From sequence record SRR20825019_54: a stretch of DNA of 41,968 nt; one strand, written 5' to 3'. The notes beneath the pieces were generated by a model. It did not search any database. It was not told the origin of the DNA and saw nothing but the letters and a program-made list of their open reading frames with translations. Shown one piece after another: positions 26,938-36,062 of this stretch (the stretch's first letter is position 1; each line of letters starts with the position of its first letter). The translations under genes were made by a program, and so were the position numbers.

Positions 26938-27912
26938 CTATCGCAAAGCTTCAACAATTGCAGTGTCAAATAACTCCTCCAAAGTGATTCCTGCCGTTTT
27001 AGCTTGTTGGGGCAATAGGCTTTCCTCCGTAAGTCCGGGGGTTGTGTTTATTTCGAGAAGATGTGGCTCATCTCCAATGAAAATAAATTCACTTCGGGTG
27101 TATCCTTTAAGTCCGAGCGTTTTATAAATAAATTCTGCCAGCTGCCTTACGTTGGATTCTTGCTTTTCCGAAATCCTTGCGGGTGTGATTTCTTGTGATT
27201 TACCTAGATATTTGGCCTCAAAATCAAAAAAATCGTTTTCTGAGATGATCTCGGTGGCGGGGAGGACGGTTACCTTATTATTGAATGTGATAACCCCGAT
27301 CGATACTTCGGTACCATCCAAAAAGGATTCTATAATGATTTGTGAATCTTCCTTGAACGCACTTTCTATGGCATCTGCCAATGCTGCCTTATCGTAAACT
27401 TTTGATACCCCGTAGCTACTGCCCGCGCGGTTCGCTTTTACAAAACATGGTAGGCCCACTTTATCCACAATGGAGTCTTCATCAATACTTTGTCCCTTAT
27501 TTAAAAAATACGAGGTTGCACACGGAACATTGTAAGGTTTTAGTGCACTCAATAGATCTCGCTTATTAAAGGTCAGTGCTGCCTCATAATGGTTGCAAGA
27601 TGTTTGCGGTATTCCAAGAAGCTCAAAATAGGCCTGCATAAGCCCATCTTCACCTGGGGTGCCGTGAATCGCATTGAATACACAGTCAAATTGAATTTTT
27701 TTACCATGTATCTCAACACTGAAATCGGACCTTTCAATAGGATGCTCCTGCTCCAATTCATCCAAATAATACCATTTATTTTTAGTGATGACAATTCGGT
27801 AAGGATTATATTTTTCTCTGTCCAAATATTTGTGCACCACATTTCCACTCTTGATGGAAATATTGTACTCACTGGAATAGCCGCCCATAATGATGGCAAT
27901 GTTCTTTTTCAT
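26938..27912 (-). CDS. ddl: D-alanine--D-alanine ligase
   Basis: GGYSSE, HGTPGEDG, GSSYG, FDFEAKY, LEINTTPG. Confidence 0.96.
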   Translation of the reverse strand: MKKNIAIIMGGYSSEYNISIKSGNVVHKYLDREKYNPYRIVITKNKWYYLDELEQEHPIERSDFSVEIHGKKIQFDCVFNAIHGTPGEDGLMQAYFELLGIPQTSCNHYEAALTFNKRDLLSALKPYNVPCATSYFLNKGQSIDEDSIVDKVGLPCFVKANRAGSSYGVSKVYDKAALADAIESAFKEDSQIIIESFLDGTEVSIGVITFNNKVTVLPATEIISENDFFDFEAKYLGKSQEITPARISEKQESNVRQLAEFIYKTLGLKGYTRSEFIFIGDEPHLLEINTTPGLTEESLLPQQAKTAGITLEELFDTAIVEALR

Positions 27913-27964
27913 TGTCTTGTAAAATAACGCGAAGCCAAAATAAAGAAAAAAGGGTTGGCTTTCC

Positions 27965-27972
27965 TATATTTG
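27965..27972 (+). promoter_or_regulatory. -7 promoter element (TATATTTG) for PASTA-rluD
   Basis: Exact TAnnTTTG match 19 nt before the ATG at 27992. Confidence 0.6.
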
Positions 27973-27991
27973 TTCCGATAAGGTGAACTAC

Positions 27992-28579
27992 ATGAAAAAT
28001 TTTCTCAACTTTTTAAAAAGCAAGACTTTTTTGATCCAACTCGGATTGGCGGTCGTTGCTATTCTGGTGTTGGTCTTTATTTCTTTACAATGGCTTAAGA
28101 GCACCACAAACCACGGTGAGTTTGTTGAGGTACCCGACTTTTCCAAAATGTCGGTGTCGGAGATGCGCAAGGCAGTTGAGGATGCTGGACTTAGATATCA
28201 AGTGTTGGATTCTTCGGAATATAATCCCGACTATCCCCGTTTTTCCATACTGGACCAAAACCCTCCTGCAGGCAACAAGGTAAAATCCAACCGGAAAATA
28301 TATTTTACCGTAAATCCCTCGGGTTATAAAAAGGTAAGTGTACCGGATATTATCCAAGTAACCCAACGTAATGCCGCCTCTATGTTGAGGGCAGTAGGTT
28401 TGGATGTGGAGCGTGTGACATATATCGATGAGCTTGGTAAGGACATGGTATACAATATGAAGTTCAAAGGAAAATATTTAAAGCCCGGAGATAAATTACC
28501 CAAGACTTCAAAAATTGAATTGATTTGTGGTAACGGTACCATTCCGGGCAGTGCAAGGGTACAGGCAGAATCCAACTAA
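27992..28579 (+). CDS. PASTA domain-containing membrane protein
   Basis: N-terminal TM; two PASTA-like repeats (VEVPDF...QNPPAG.KVK; VSVPDII). Confidence 0.85.
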   Translation: MKNFLNFLKSKTFLIQLGLAVVAILVLVFISLQWLKSTTNHGEFVEVPDFSKMSVSEMRKAVEDAGLRYQVLDSSEYNPDYPRFSILDQNPPAGNKVKSNRKIYFTVNPSGYKKVSVPDIIQVTQRNAASMLRAVGLDVERVTYIDELGKDMVYNMKFKGKYLKPGDKLPKTSKIELICGNGTIPGSARVQAESN

Positions 28580-28581
28580 AG

Positions 28582-29628
28582 ATGGATATTTCGGATAATC
28601 AAGAAGATTTTTCCCAGGACGAGCTTTCGCAGGACGATCTCTATGAGCATCACAGTTTTGTGGCCTCAAAAGGTCAGGAACCACTGCGCGTGGATAAATT
28701 CTTGATGAACTTTATTGAGAACGCTACGCGGAACAAAATCCAGCAGGCTGCCAAAAAAGGCCATATATGGGTCAATGGTTCCATCGTTAAGCAAAATTAT
28801 AAAGTAAAGGCAGGAGACGAGGTCAAGGTGATGTTCGAGCATCCACCCTATGAATTTTTATTGACACCGGAGAACATCCCCTTGGATATTGTTTACGAGG
28901 ATGAGGTGCTTTTGGTGGTGAACAAACCCGCGGGCATGGTAGTGCATCCCGGACACGGAAATTATTCGGGAACATTGATCAATGCCTTGGTCTATCATTT
29001 CGAGAACCTTCCCAACAATAGTTCCGATAGGCCGGGACTTGTTCATCGCATCGATAAGGACACCTCTGGTCTATTGGTAATTGCCAAAACAGAGTCGGCC
29101 ATGACACATTTGGCGCAACAGTTTTTTGAGAAAACCAGCGAACGGGAATATATTGCTCTGGTTTGGGGCAATGTAGAGGAAGACGAAGGCACAATTGAAG
29201 GCCATATCGCCCGCAATCCAAAAAATCGTTTACAGATGATGGTTTTTCCAGATGGAAGTGATGGCAAAGAAGCAGTTACCCATTACAAAGTAATAGAGCG
29301 TTTAGGGTACGTAACATTGGTCTCTTGCAAGTTGGAAACCGGTAGGACCCATCAAATTCGGGTACACATGAAATATATTGGACATACCCTGTTCAATGAT
29401 GAGCGCTACGGTGGTGATAAAATTTTAAAGGGGACAACCTTTACCAAATACAAGCAGTTTGTTGATAATGCCTTTAAGGAACTGCCCAGACAGGCCTTAC
29501 ATGCCAAAACCCTAGGTTTTGAACATCCCGTTACCGGTGAGTTTATGCGATTTGATTCCGAACTTCCAGAGGATATGGTGAACGGAATCGAAAAATGGCG
29601 TGGCTATGCCAAACATCACGAATCATAG
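28582..29628 (+). CDS. rluD: RluA-family 23S rRNA pseudouridine synthase with S4 domain (RluD)
   Basis: RVDKFL S4 domain; NKPAGMVVHP; HRIDKDTSG; GRTHQIRVH; QALHA. Confidence 0.9.
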   Translation: MDISDNQEDFSQDELSQDDLYEHHSFVASKGQEPLRVDKFLMNFIENATRNKIQQAAKKGHIWVNGSIVKQNYKVKAGDEVKVMFEHPPYEFLLTPENIPLDIVYEDEVLLVVNKPAGMVVHPGHGNYSGTLINALVYHFENLPNNSSDRPGLVHRIDKDTSGLLVIAKTESAMTHLAQQFFEKTSEREYIALVWGNVEEDEGTIEGHIARNPKNRLQMMVFPDGSDGKEAVTHYKVIERLGYVTLVSCKLETGRTHQIRVHMKYIGHTLFNDERYGGDKILKGTTFTKYKQFVDNAFKELPRQALHAKTLGFEHPVTGEFMRFDSELPEDMVNGIEKWRGYAKHHES

Positions 29629-29716
29629 TTTTCTTCAATCTTAAGATTGAAAACACCATTGGAATCCTTTTCCAAAAAACTAAAATCATCGCTATTTTTA
29701 CAAAAATTAGAAGAAG

Positions 29717-30478
29717 ATGAAAATTGTGATATCTCCTGCAAAGTCGTTGGATTATGATACGGCATTGCCCACATCAAAATATACCCAGCCCCAATTTTTG
29801 GAGCAAGCGGAAAAACTTAATTCCGTACTCAAAAAGAAAAAGCCCAAGGCCTTGATGGATTTAATGTCCATTTCCGATAAGCTGGCGGACCTGAATTGGG
29901 AGCGCAATCAAAAATTTGATACACCTTTTACTACGGAAAATGCAAGACCATCGGTGTATGCTTTTAATGGAGATGTGTACCAGGGATTGGATGCATATAC
30001 TATCCCCGAGGATAAGCTGGACCGATTGCAGGATACTTTACGAATTCTGTCCGGTCTGTATGGTGTTTTAAGGCCTTTGGATTTGATGCAGCCCTACCGC
30101 TTGGAAATGGGAACGCAATTAAAAGTAGGCCGTAAAAAGAACTTGTACGAATTCTGGAAGAAGGACATTGTAAACTTTCTGAACAGCGAGCTTAAGGATG
30201 ATGAACTTTTTATAAATTTGGCCAGCAACGAATATTTTAGCGCTGTGGATTCCAAACAATTAAAAGTTCCTGTAATTGCCCCGGTCTTCAAGGATTGGAA
30301 AAACGATAAATTGAAAGTAATCAGTTTTTTTGCCAAAAAAGCCCGTGGTTCCATGGTGCGTTATATATTGGATACCGGAGCGGAGACCTTGGACGATATC
30401 AAGAATTTTGACTACGATGGATATCTCTACAGCGAAGAACACACGGTCAAGAAAAACGAACCCGTTTTCATTCGATAA
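29717..30478 (+). CDS. yaaA: Peroxide stress protein YaaA (UPF0246)
   Basis: ISPAKSL, ILSGLYG.LRPLD..PYRLEMG, NLASNEY, AKKARG. Confidence 0.93.
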   Translation: MKIVISPAKSLDYDTALPTSKYTQPQFLEQAEKLNSVLKKKKPKALMDLMSISDKLADLNWERNQKFDTPFTTENARPSVYAFNGDVYQGLDAYTIPEDKLDRLQDTLRILSGLYGVLRPLDLMQPYRLEMGTQLKVGRKKNLYEFWKKDIVNFLNSELKDDELFINLASNEYFSAVDSKQLKVPVIAPVFKDWKNDKLKVISFFAKKARGSMVRYILDTGAETLDDIKNFDYDGYLYSEEHTVKKNEPVFIR

Positions 30479-30533
30479 AAACTTTGGTAAAATCCGAAGT
30501 ATTCTTTAAGTTATAATCGATAAGGTATGTTGT

Positions 30534-30541
30534 TACGTTTG
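30534..30541 (+). promoter_or_regulatory. -7 promoter element (TACGTTTG) for ppc
   Basis: Exact TAnnTTTG match about 110 nt before the ATG. Confidence 0.45.
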
Positions 30542-30651
30542 AAGTGCACATGCCTTAAATTGTGATACACTTAAATTTAACCCAGAGGTTACACTTTATT
30601 CACGACCTTTGAGTGTTTGACTATTTTTTAACACTAACATAAAACAGATAC

Positions 30652-33198
30652 ATGCAGCAAAGTAAACGGTTAGAAGAGTTTAAAAAATCGGTAACCAATA
30701 AGTTCAACATCTATAATAGCCTTTTCTTGAGCTTGCCATACAAGAATGTGGAAAACGTAGGGATTCTTATTCCACTTTTGTTGGATCAATGCGAAAAAGG
30801 ATTAAAGGCTGGCAAAGATCCCCAAGAAATTTTGGAAGTGTTCTTCTCCAACTTTGTGGATATTCAGGACGAGAGGGAGCGTTTGGATTTTATGTTCAGG
30901 ATCGTGCAGTACGTGGAGCGCCAAGTGGTGCTTTATGATAGTGTGGAGGATTCCGCATTTCCCAAACTACAGGAATATAGTAGTTCTTTGACCATACCCG
31001 ATTATTTTGAGTTGGTGAACCGTACCAAAAACTGGGACAAGGTTTCCAAAAAACTTTCCACCTTTAGTGCACGCATTGTATTAACCGCCCACCCAACGCA
31101 ATTTTATACACCAGCGGTTTTGGATATTATTGCCGAACTCCGCTCGTTGATAGATGAGGACAGGATACATGATATTGATGTAACTCTACAACAATTGGGC
31201 TTGACATCCTTGATTAATGCAAAAAAGCCAACACCTTTGGATGAGGCGAAAAACATTATTTATATTCTTCGTAACACCTATTACGATGCTGTCGGTGAAC
31301 TGTATCAATATGTAAAAAGCAATATCCGTGATGAAAAGTTCGAGAACTATAATTTGATGAAACTTGGTTTTTGGCCAGGCGGGGATCGTGACGGAAACCC
31401 TTTTGTAACAGCCGATATCACCAAAGAGGTGGCCGATGAATTACGGTTGACCCTAATGAAGTGTTACTATAACGAATTGAAGAATCTTCGAAAAAAACTC
31501 ACATTCAAGAGTATGCAAGAAGAGCTCAATGCATTGAGCACAAAACTTTATCATGCCATGTTCGATTCCAATGCACCAATTTCGTACGAAGGAATCATTG
31601 AGCATTTAAGTGCGGTTAGGAATCAATTGATAGATAACTATCATGGGCTGTATTTAGACGAATTAGATAGGTTTATTGATAAAGTACATATTTTCAAAAC
31701 ACATTTCGCCACTTTGGATATCCGTCAAGATCACAGCAAGCATACCTTGGTAGTGGAGTCCGTATTGAAAAAGAATGGAGTCATCAAAGAAAGCTTGGAC
31801 GAGCTCAAGGAAAAGGAGTTGGTTAAGCTGTTGTTGGAGAAGGATTTTAAACTAAAGGCAGAGGATTTTGATGATGATATTGTGAAGGACACTATTGTTA
31901 ATATCCAAAACCTGAAAGCGATCCAAGAGAAGAATGGTGAAGACGGTTGCAACCGATACATCATCAGTAACTCGGAGGATATTTTCTCCGTATTGTTCGT
32001 GTTCGGATTGTTCAGATGGTGCGGATGGAACGAGAAGGATATCACTTTCGATATTGTTCCGTTGTTCGAAACCATGAAAGGTATGGATGCTTCCGAAGAA
32101 GTGATGCAGACCCTGTTCGATATTCCAAAATACAGACAGCACCTAGAACGAAGAAGAGATATACATACCATAATGCTCGGCTTCTCCGACGGAACCAAGG
32201 ACGGAGGTTACCTAAAGGCCAACTGGTCCATTTTAAAGACCAAGGAAACTTTGAGCAAGGTGTGCAAAAAAAACGGTATCGCAGCCATATTCTTTGATGG
32301 TAGGGGAGGACCACCCGCCCGTGGTGGAGGTAAAACCCATAGATTTTATGCGGCACAGACCAAGGATGTGGCCAATCACGAGATTCAGTTAACTATCCAA
32401 GGGCAGACCATTACCAGTACCTACGGTACCAAAGAGCAGTTTATGCACAACTCCGAGCAGTTATTGACAGCAGGATTGAGCAATAATCTATTTGGAAAGG
32501 AACTTACCATTTCCGCCTCGCAAAGGAAGTTGATAGAGGAGCTTTCCGAACTTAGTTTTGATAAATACGATGCCCTAAAACAGCATGATAAGTTTATCCC
32601 GTATTTGGAAAATAGAAGTACGTTAAAATATTATACCAAAGCCAACATAGGAAGTAGGCCCGGTAAACGCGGTAGCGCAAAACAGTTGACATTATCTGAC
32701 CTACGGGCAATTTCTTTTGTGGGATCATGGAGCCAATTAAAGCAGAATGTACCTGGGTACTTCGGACTTGGGTCGGCCATACAAAAGTTGAAAGATGAAG
32801 GAAGGCTGAACGAGGTGAAGAAACTATACAAAGAGGTTCCTTTCTTTAAGGCATTGATGTTGAACAGTATGATGTCCTTGGCGAAGACCAATTTTGACTT
32901 GACCAGTTACATGAAAGATGATCCTGAATTCGGTGACTTCTGGAAGATACTTTTTGAAGAATATCAGTTGTCCAAGAAAATGCTTTTGCAGATTTCCGGA
33001 CTTAAGATTTTGATGGAAGACGAAGCTGTATCGAGGGAATCCGTAAAAATCAGGGAAAAGATTGTATTGCCGTTATTGGTGATTCAACAAAATGCTTTGT
33101 ACCACATCACGCAAAATTCAGAGTATAAGGAATTGTACGAGAAAATTGTGACCCGCTCTTTATACGGAAACATTAATGCGAGTAGGAATTCGGCTTAA
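30652..33198 (+). CDS. ppc: Phosphoenolpyruvate carboxylase
   Basis: VLTAHPTQ, GGDRDGNP, VPLFET, MLGFSDGTKDGG, GRGG, TIQG, LRAI. Confidence 0.95.
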   Translation: MQQSKRLEEFKKSVTNKFNIYNSLFLSLPYKNVENVGILIPLLLDQCEKGLKAGKDPQEILEVFFSNFVDIQDERERLDFMFRIVQYVERQVVLYDSVEDSAFPKLQEYSSSLTIPDYFELVNRTKNWDKVSKKLSTFSARIVLTAHPTQFYTPAVLDIIAELRSLIDEDRIHDIDVTLQQLGLTSLINAKKPTPLDEAKNIIYILRNTYYDAVGELYQYVKSNIRDEKFENYNLMKLGFWPGGDRDGNPFVTADITKEVADELRLTLMKCYYNELKNLRKKLTFKSMQEELNALSTKLYHAMFDSNAPISYEGIIEHLSAVRNQLIDNYHGLYLDELDRFIDKVHIFKTHFATLDIRQDHSKHTLVVESVLKKNGVIKESLDELKEKELVKLLLEKDFKLKAEDFDDDIVKDTIVNIQNLKAIQEKNGEDGCNRYIISNSEDIFSVLFVFGLFRWCGWNEKDITFDIVPLFETMKGMDASEEVMQTLFDIPKYRQHLERRRDIHTIMLGFSDGTKDGGYLKANWSILKTKETLSKVCKKNGIAAIFFDGRGGPPARGGGKTHRFYAAQTKDVANHEIQLTIQGQTITSTYGTKEQFMHNSEQLLTAGLSNNLFGKELTISASQRKLIEELSELSFDKYDALKQHDKFIPYLENRSTLKYYTKANIGSRPGKRGSAKQLTLSDLRAISFVGSWSQLKQNVPGYFGLGSAIQKLKDEGRLNEVKKLYKEVPFFKALMLNSMMSLAKTNFDLTSYMKDDPEFGDFWKILFEEYQLSKKMLLQISGLKILMEDEAVSRESVKIREKIVLPLLVIQQNALYHITQNSEYKELYEKIVTRSLYGNINASRNSA

Positions 33199-33301
33199 CC
33201 AAGTTGAATTCTAGTAGTTTAAGGTTTAATTGCAGAGATTCTTTATTTTGGAAACAATATAATCTCTACCAAAAGGGTATTCAACAACAAAACAACCTCT
33301 T

Positions 33302-35041
33302 ATGGGAAGAATCTTTTGCTATTTGTCAATTGTATTTGTATTCATTTCATTTTCTTGTTCTGACAATCAAGGAGATGAATTTGAATCAGAGCAACTAGGT
33401 AGTTTGGAAGTAAAAGCAGTCTATGAAAGTGGCACCGCCATCCCCGATGTTACGGTTTTCACAGTTCCCAAAACCGTCGAGAAAATAACCAATGAGATGG
33501 GGAAAGTTGTTTTCAACGATATACCGGTTGGAAATTATGAGGTTAATTTAACCCCATCATTTTCAGATGTTGGTGTGACAATCCAAGTAACGGTGAAAGA
33601 AAATCAGGTTGAGGTAGTCGAGGCCATAATGGGACCTGACCCAATTTCAGAAACTCCTGTTGACTTTGATATTCTTTTGAAGAATATATATGACCAAATA
33701 AAAACAGAGTTTTTATTTGATGCCAATGGTTACTCCCACTATTGGGGAGATATAGGAACGAATATGGCCAGAATAAACCCCAATTCGATGGGCAGATTTG
33801 GTGATTTGGATCAGTATTATTTTCAACCAAGTGATTATGTAATAAATGAAGTTTGGTCTGAACATTACAGGGTGATTAGACTTACAAATATTGGTTTGGA
33901 TGAAATAAAAGGGTTGGATCAGGCCTTGGAAGAGGAAGTCGGTGCCGTTAGATTTGAATCTGAGTTTCGTTTTTTACGCGCACTTTTATATTTCAACTTG
34001 GTTAAGCTTTACGGAAATCCTATTTTGGTGACGACAGCCGAGTTTAATTCGAATAATGCACCACCACATGTACAGGGTAGAGAAGATGTATTTGATCAAA
34101 TTGTAGATGACCTAATATTTGCACAGCAGAATTTATCCTCTGGCTTGGCCAAAGAAAGGGCGTCAAAGGAAGCGGCAACAGCCTTGCTTGGAAAAGTGTA
34201 TCTAACAATGGCTGGCTTTCCGATGTACCAAACAGATAAATATGCCCTTGCCTTAGAAGAATTGGAGAAGATTGTTGGAGGTTATACATTGGAAGAGAAC
34301 TATGAAGATGTTTTTTCAATTGAGAATGAAAGCACAAACACCGAGGTTATTTTTAGTATCGCTTTTGATGGCTCCGGAAATTATAGTGTGCCTTGGGGAC
34401 CGCAGGGCATTTCCTTTAATGACCGTTTGTTGCTGGTTCCTGGCTTTATAAACTCGTTTTTTGAGGAAGGTGACGAGCCCGTCGAACCTGTAATTTTCCC
34501 TTTGGAGACAGGTGATTCAAGGTTTTATCAAAATATTGCTACGTTTTCGTATGCAAATGGAAACATGATGGATGAAACCTTAGTGGAAAATTGGCGGCCA
34601 TATAAATTTATCAAAGAAGTTGAGGAACCTAGTGTGATGAATCAAGAATCTTTTGATTATCCATATTTGAGAATGGCAGACGTGCATCTAATGATTGCTG
34701 AGGCCGAAAATATGTTGAATGGTCCTACAACTAAGGCATATAATGCTTTGAATTTGGTAAGAAGAAGGGCTTATGGCGATTTGAACCATGATGCTCAAAA
34801 TGGATTGAGCCAAGAAGAGTTTTCAAATCTTATTTTAAATGAAAGGCGTTTGGAGTTTTGCTTTGAAGGACAGTTTAAGGACGACCTTATTAGAATGAAT
34901 GCTCTGGAAGCAGAAATATTAAATTACAATCAAGATTATCCAGAGTTGGCAAGAGACTTTCAAAGCCATGAATATATATGGCCAATACCACAATCCGAAA
35001 CAAATTTTAACCCGAATGTTGTTCAAAATGAAGGATATTAA
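33302..35041 (+). CDS. RagB/SusD-family surface lipoprotein with an extra N-terminal carboxypeptidase-regulatory-like beta domain
   Basis: Lipobox ISFSC then an acidic stretch; SusD motifs W..HY.VI...N, RFLRALLYFNLVKLYG, ALLGKVYL, RMADVHLMIAEA, LNLVRRRA, ERRLEFCFEG, WPIPQSE, QNEGY. Confidence 0.88.
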   Translation: MGRIFCYLSIVFVFISFSCSDNQGDEFESEQLGSLEVKAVYESGTAIPDVTVFTVPKTVEKITNEMGKVVFNDIPVGNYEVNLTPSFSDVGVTIQVTVKENQVEVVEAIMGPDPISETPVDFDILLKNIYDQIKTEFLFDANGYSHYWGDIGTNMARINPNSMGRFGDLDQYYFQPSDYVINEVWSEHYRVIRLTNIGLDEIKGLDQALEEEVGAVRFESEFRFLRALLYFNLVKLYGNPILVTTAEFNSNNAPPHVQGREDVFDQIVDDLIFAQQNLSSGLAKERASKEAATALLGKVYLTMAGFPMYQTDKYALALEELEKIVGGYTLEENYEDVFSIENESTNTEVIFSIAFDGSGNYSVPWGPQGISFNDRLLLVPGFINSFFEEGDEPVEPVIFPLETGDSRFYQNIATFSYANGNMMDETLVENWRPYKFIKEVEEPSVMNQESFDYPYLRMADVHLMIAEAENMLNGPTTKAYNALNLVRRRAYGDLNHDAQNGLSQEEFSNLILNERRLEFCFEGQFKDDLIRMNALEAEILNYNQDYPELARDFQSHEYIWPIPQSETNFNPNVVQNEGY

Positions 35042-35049
35042 ATAGAATT

Positions 35050-35739
35050 TTGAGTTCAGCACTTTTCAAACATACACACCCCTATAAACCCTTTTTGTTG
35101 GAGGAGGCCACCAAGTTGATTGTGGGTACCCTGCCACCGCCCCGTTTTACCAAAGGAGAGTTAAAACCTCAGGATGTAGATTTCTGTTATGGCAGTTGCA
35201 ATGGTCAGTTGTGGCCTATCTTAGATAGAATATTCAATTTGGGACTGGTTTATGAAACTACCCAAGAAGCAGTTGAACAACGTAAACAATTCCTCATCAA
35301 ACATAAAATCGGTGTATGTGATATAGTGGAGAGTGCCGAGCGTGAAAAAATCGATGCCTCCGATTTGGGCATGCAGAATGTTGTCCTTCGGGATATGATA
35401 GGGTATTTACAGCAGTACCCAAATATTGGAACCCTCTTGTTCACTGGCGGAAACAGTAAAAATGGACCGGAGTTCTTTTTTCGGAGACAGTTAAAGGAAA
35501 ACGGACTCAAGTTAAAAGTTATCTCCAATACGGTGCCCAGGATTCATCATTTAGAGCTACCGTTTAACTTTAATGGAGTTAAGAAGACAAGAACTGTCAG
35601 AACTGTTTCGCTCATCGCCCCATCTGGCGCAGCCAATCGTGCCGTAGGTGGTTTACAGGCCTATAAAGACCTCAAAAGTAAAAATCCCGAATTCAATACA
35701 GTAGACTTTAGGGTAATGCAATACAGCGAATTTTTCTAA
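35050..35739 (+). CDS. Uracil-DNA glycosylase superfamily protein (Mug/HDG-like)
   Basis: HPY.PF, LIVGTLPP, FCYGS...LWPIL, LFTGG, PSGAAN; TTG start. Confidence 0.78.
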   Translation: MSSALFKHTHPYKPFLLEEATKLIVGTLPPPRFTKGELKPQDVDFCYGSCNGQLWPILDRIFNLGLVYETTQEAVEQRKQFLIKHKIGVCDIVESAEREKIDASDLGMQNVVLRDMIGYLQQYPNIGTLLFTGGNSKNGPEFFFRRQLKENGLKLKVISNTVPRIHHLELPFNFNGVKKTRTVRTVSLIAPSGAANRAVGGLQAYKDLKSKNPEFNTVDFRVMQYSEFF

Positions 35740-35823
35740 AAATTCGTTGACCTGTCTCAACATTTACGTCCATTTTTACGTTTTACCCGTAGATATATGG
35801 TTCTATAAACTAAAAATTGAATT

Positions 35824-36006
35824 ATGAAATCAATTAGTAAAATTGTAGGAGTTGTATTTGCCATCCTAATGTTTAGTTCTTGTTCCGCGCATAGAAGCGC
35901 AGGTCAAAGTGCCACGGCTCCAGGGCAAGTAAAAAAGATTACAGGTGCAAAAAGTGCAAAAGCCTATGCTCCTGGACAACAAAAGAAAAAAGGCAATAAG
36001 CACTGA
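35824..36006 (+). CDS. Small basic lipoprotein with two PGQxKK repeats
   Basis: Lipobox FSSC; APGQVKK and APGQQKK; followed by a terminator. Confidence 0.75.
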   Translation: MKSISKIVGVVFAILMFSSCSAHRSAGQSATAPGQVKKITGAKSAKAYAPGQQKKKGNKH

Positions 36007-36026
36007 TTATTTCTCAGCATAACCCC

Positions 36027-36057
36027 AAAAAAAGCTCCGATTTTCGGGGCTTTTTTT
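36027..36057. terminator. Bidirectional intrinsic terminator
   Basis: AAAAAAAGCTCCGA-TTT-TCGGGGCTTTTTTT between convergent genes. Confidence 0.88.
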
Positions 36058-36062
36058 ATGTC

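Noticed and set aside
30652-33198. Non-canonical PEPC motifs (FFDGRGG, C-terminal RNSA) as signs of inactivation
   Set aside because: Catalytic His and Lys motifs are intact; these look like lineage-typical variants as far as I recall.
33204-33398. 64-aa ORF upstream of and overlapping susD
   Set aside because: TTG start, out-of-frame overlap with the susD signal peptide, no motif; not a recognisable susC remnant.
35563-35586. Possible decayed REP-like element in the UDG loop (FNFNGVKK)
   Set aside because: Only about 14 of 24 matches to a remembered consensus and no hairpin left; not supportable.
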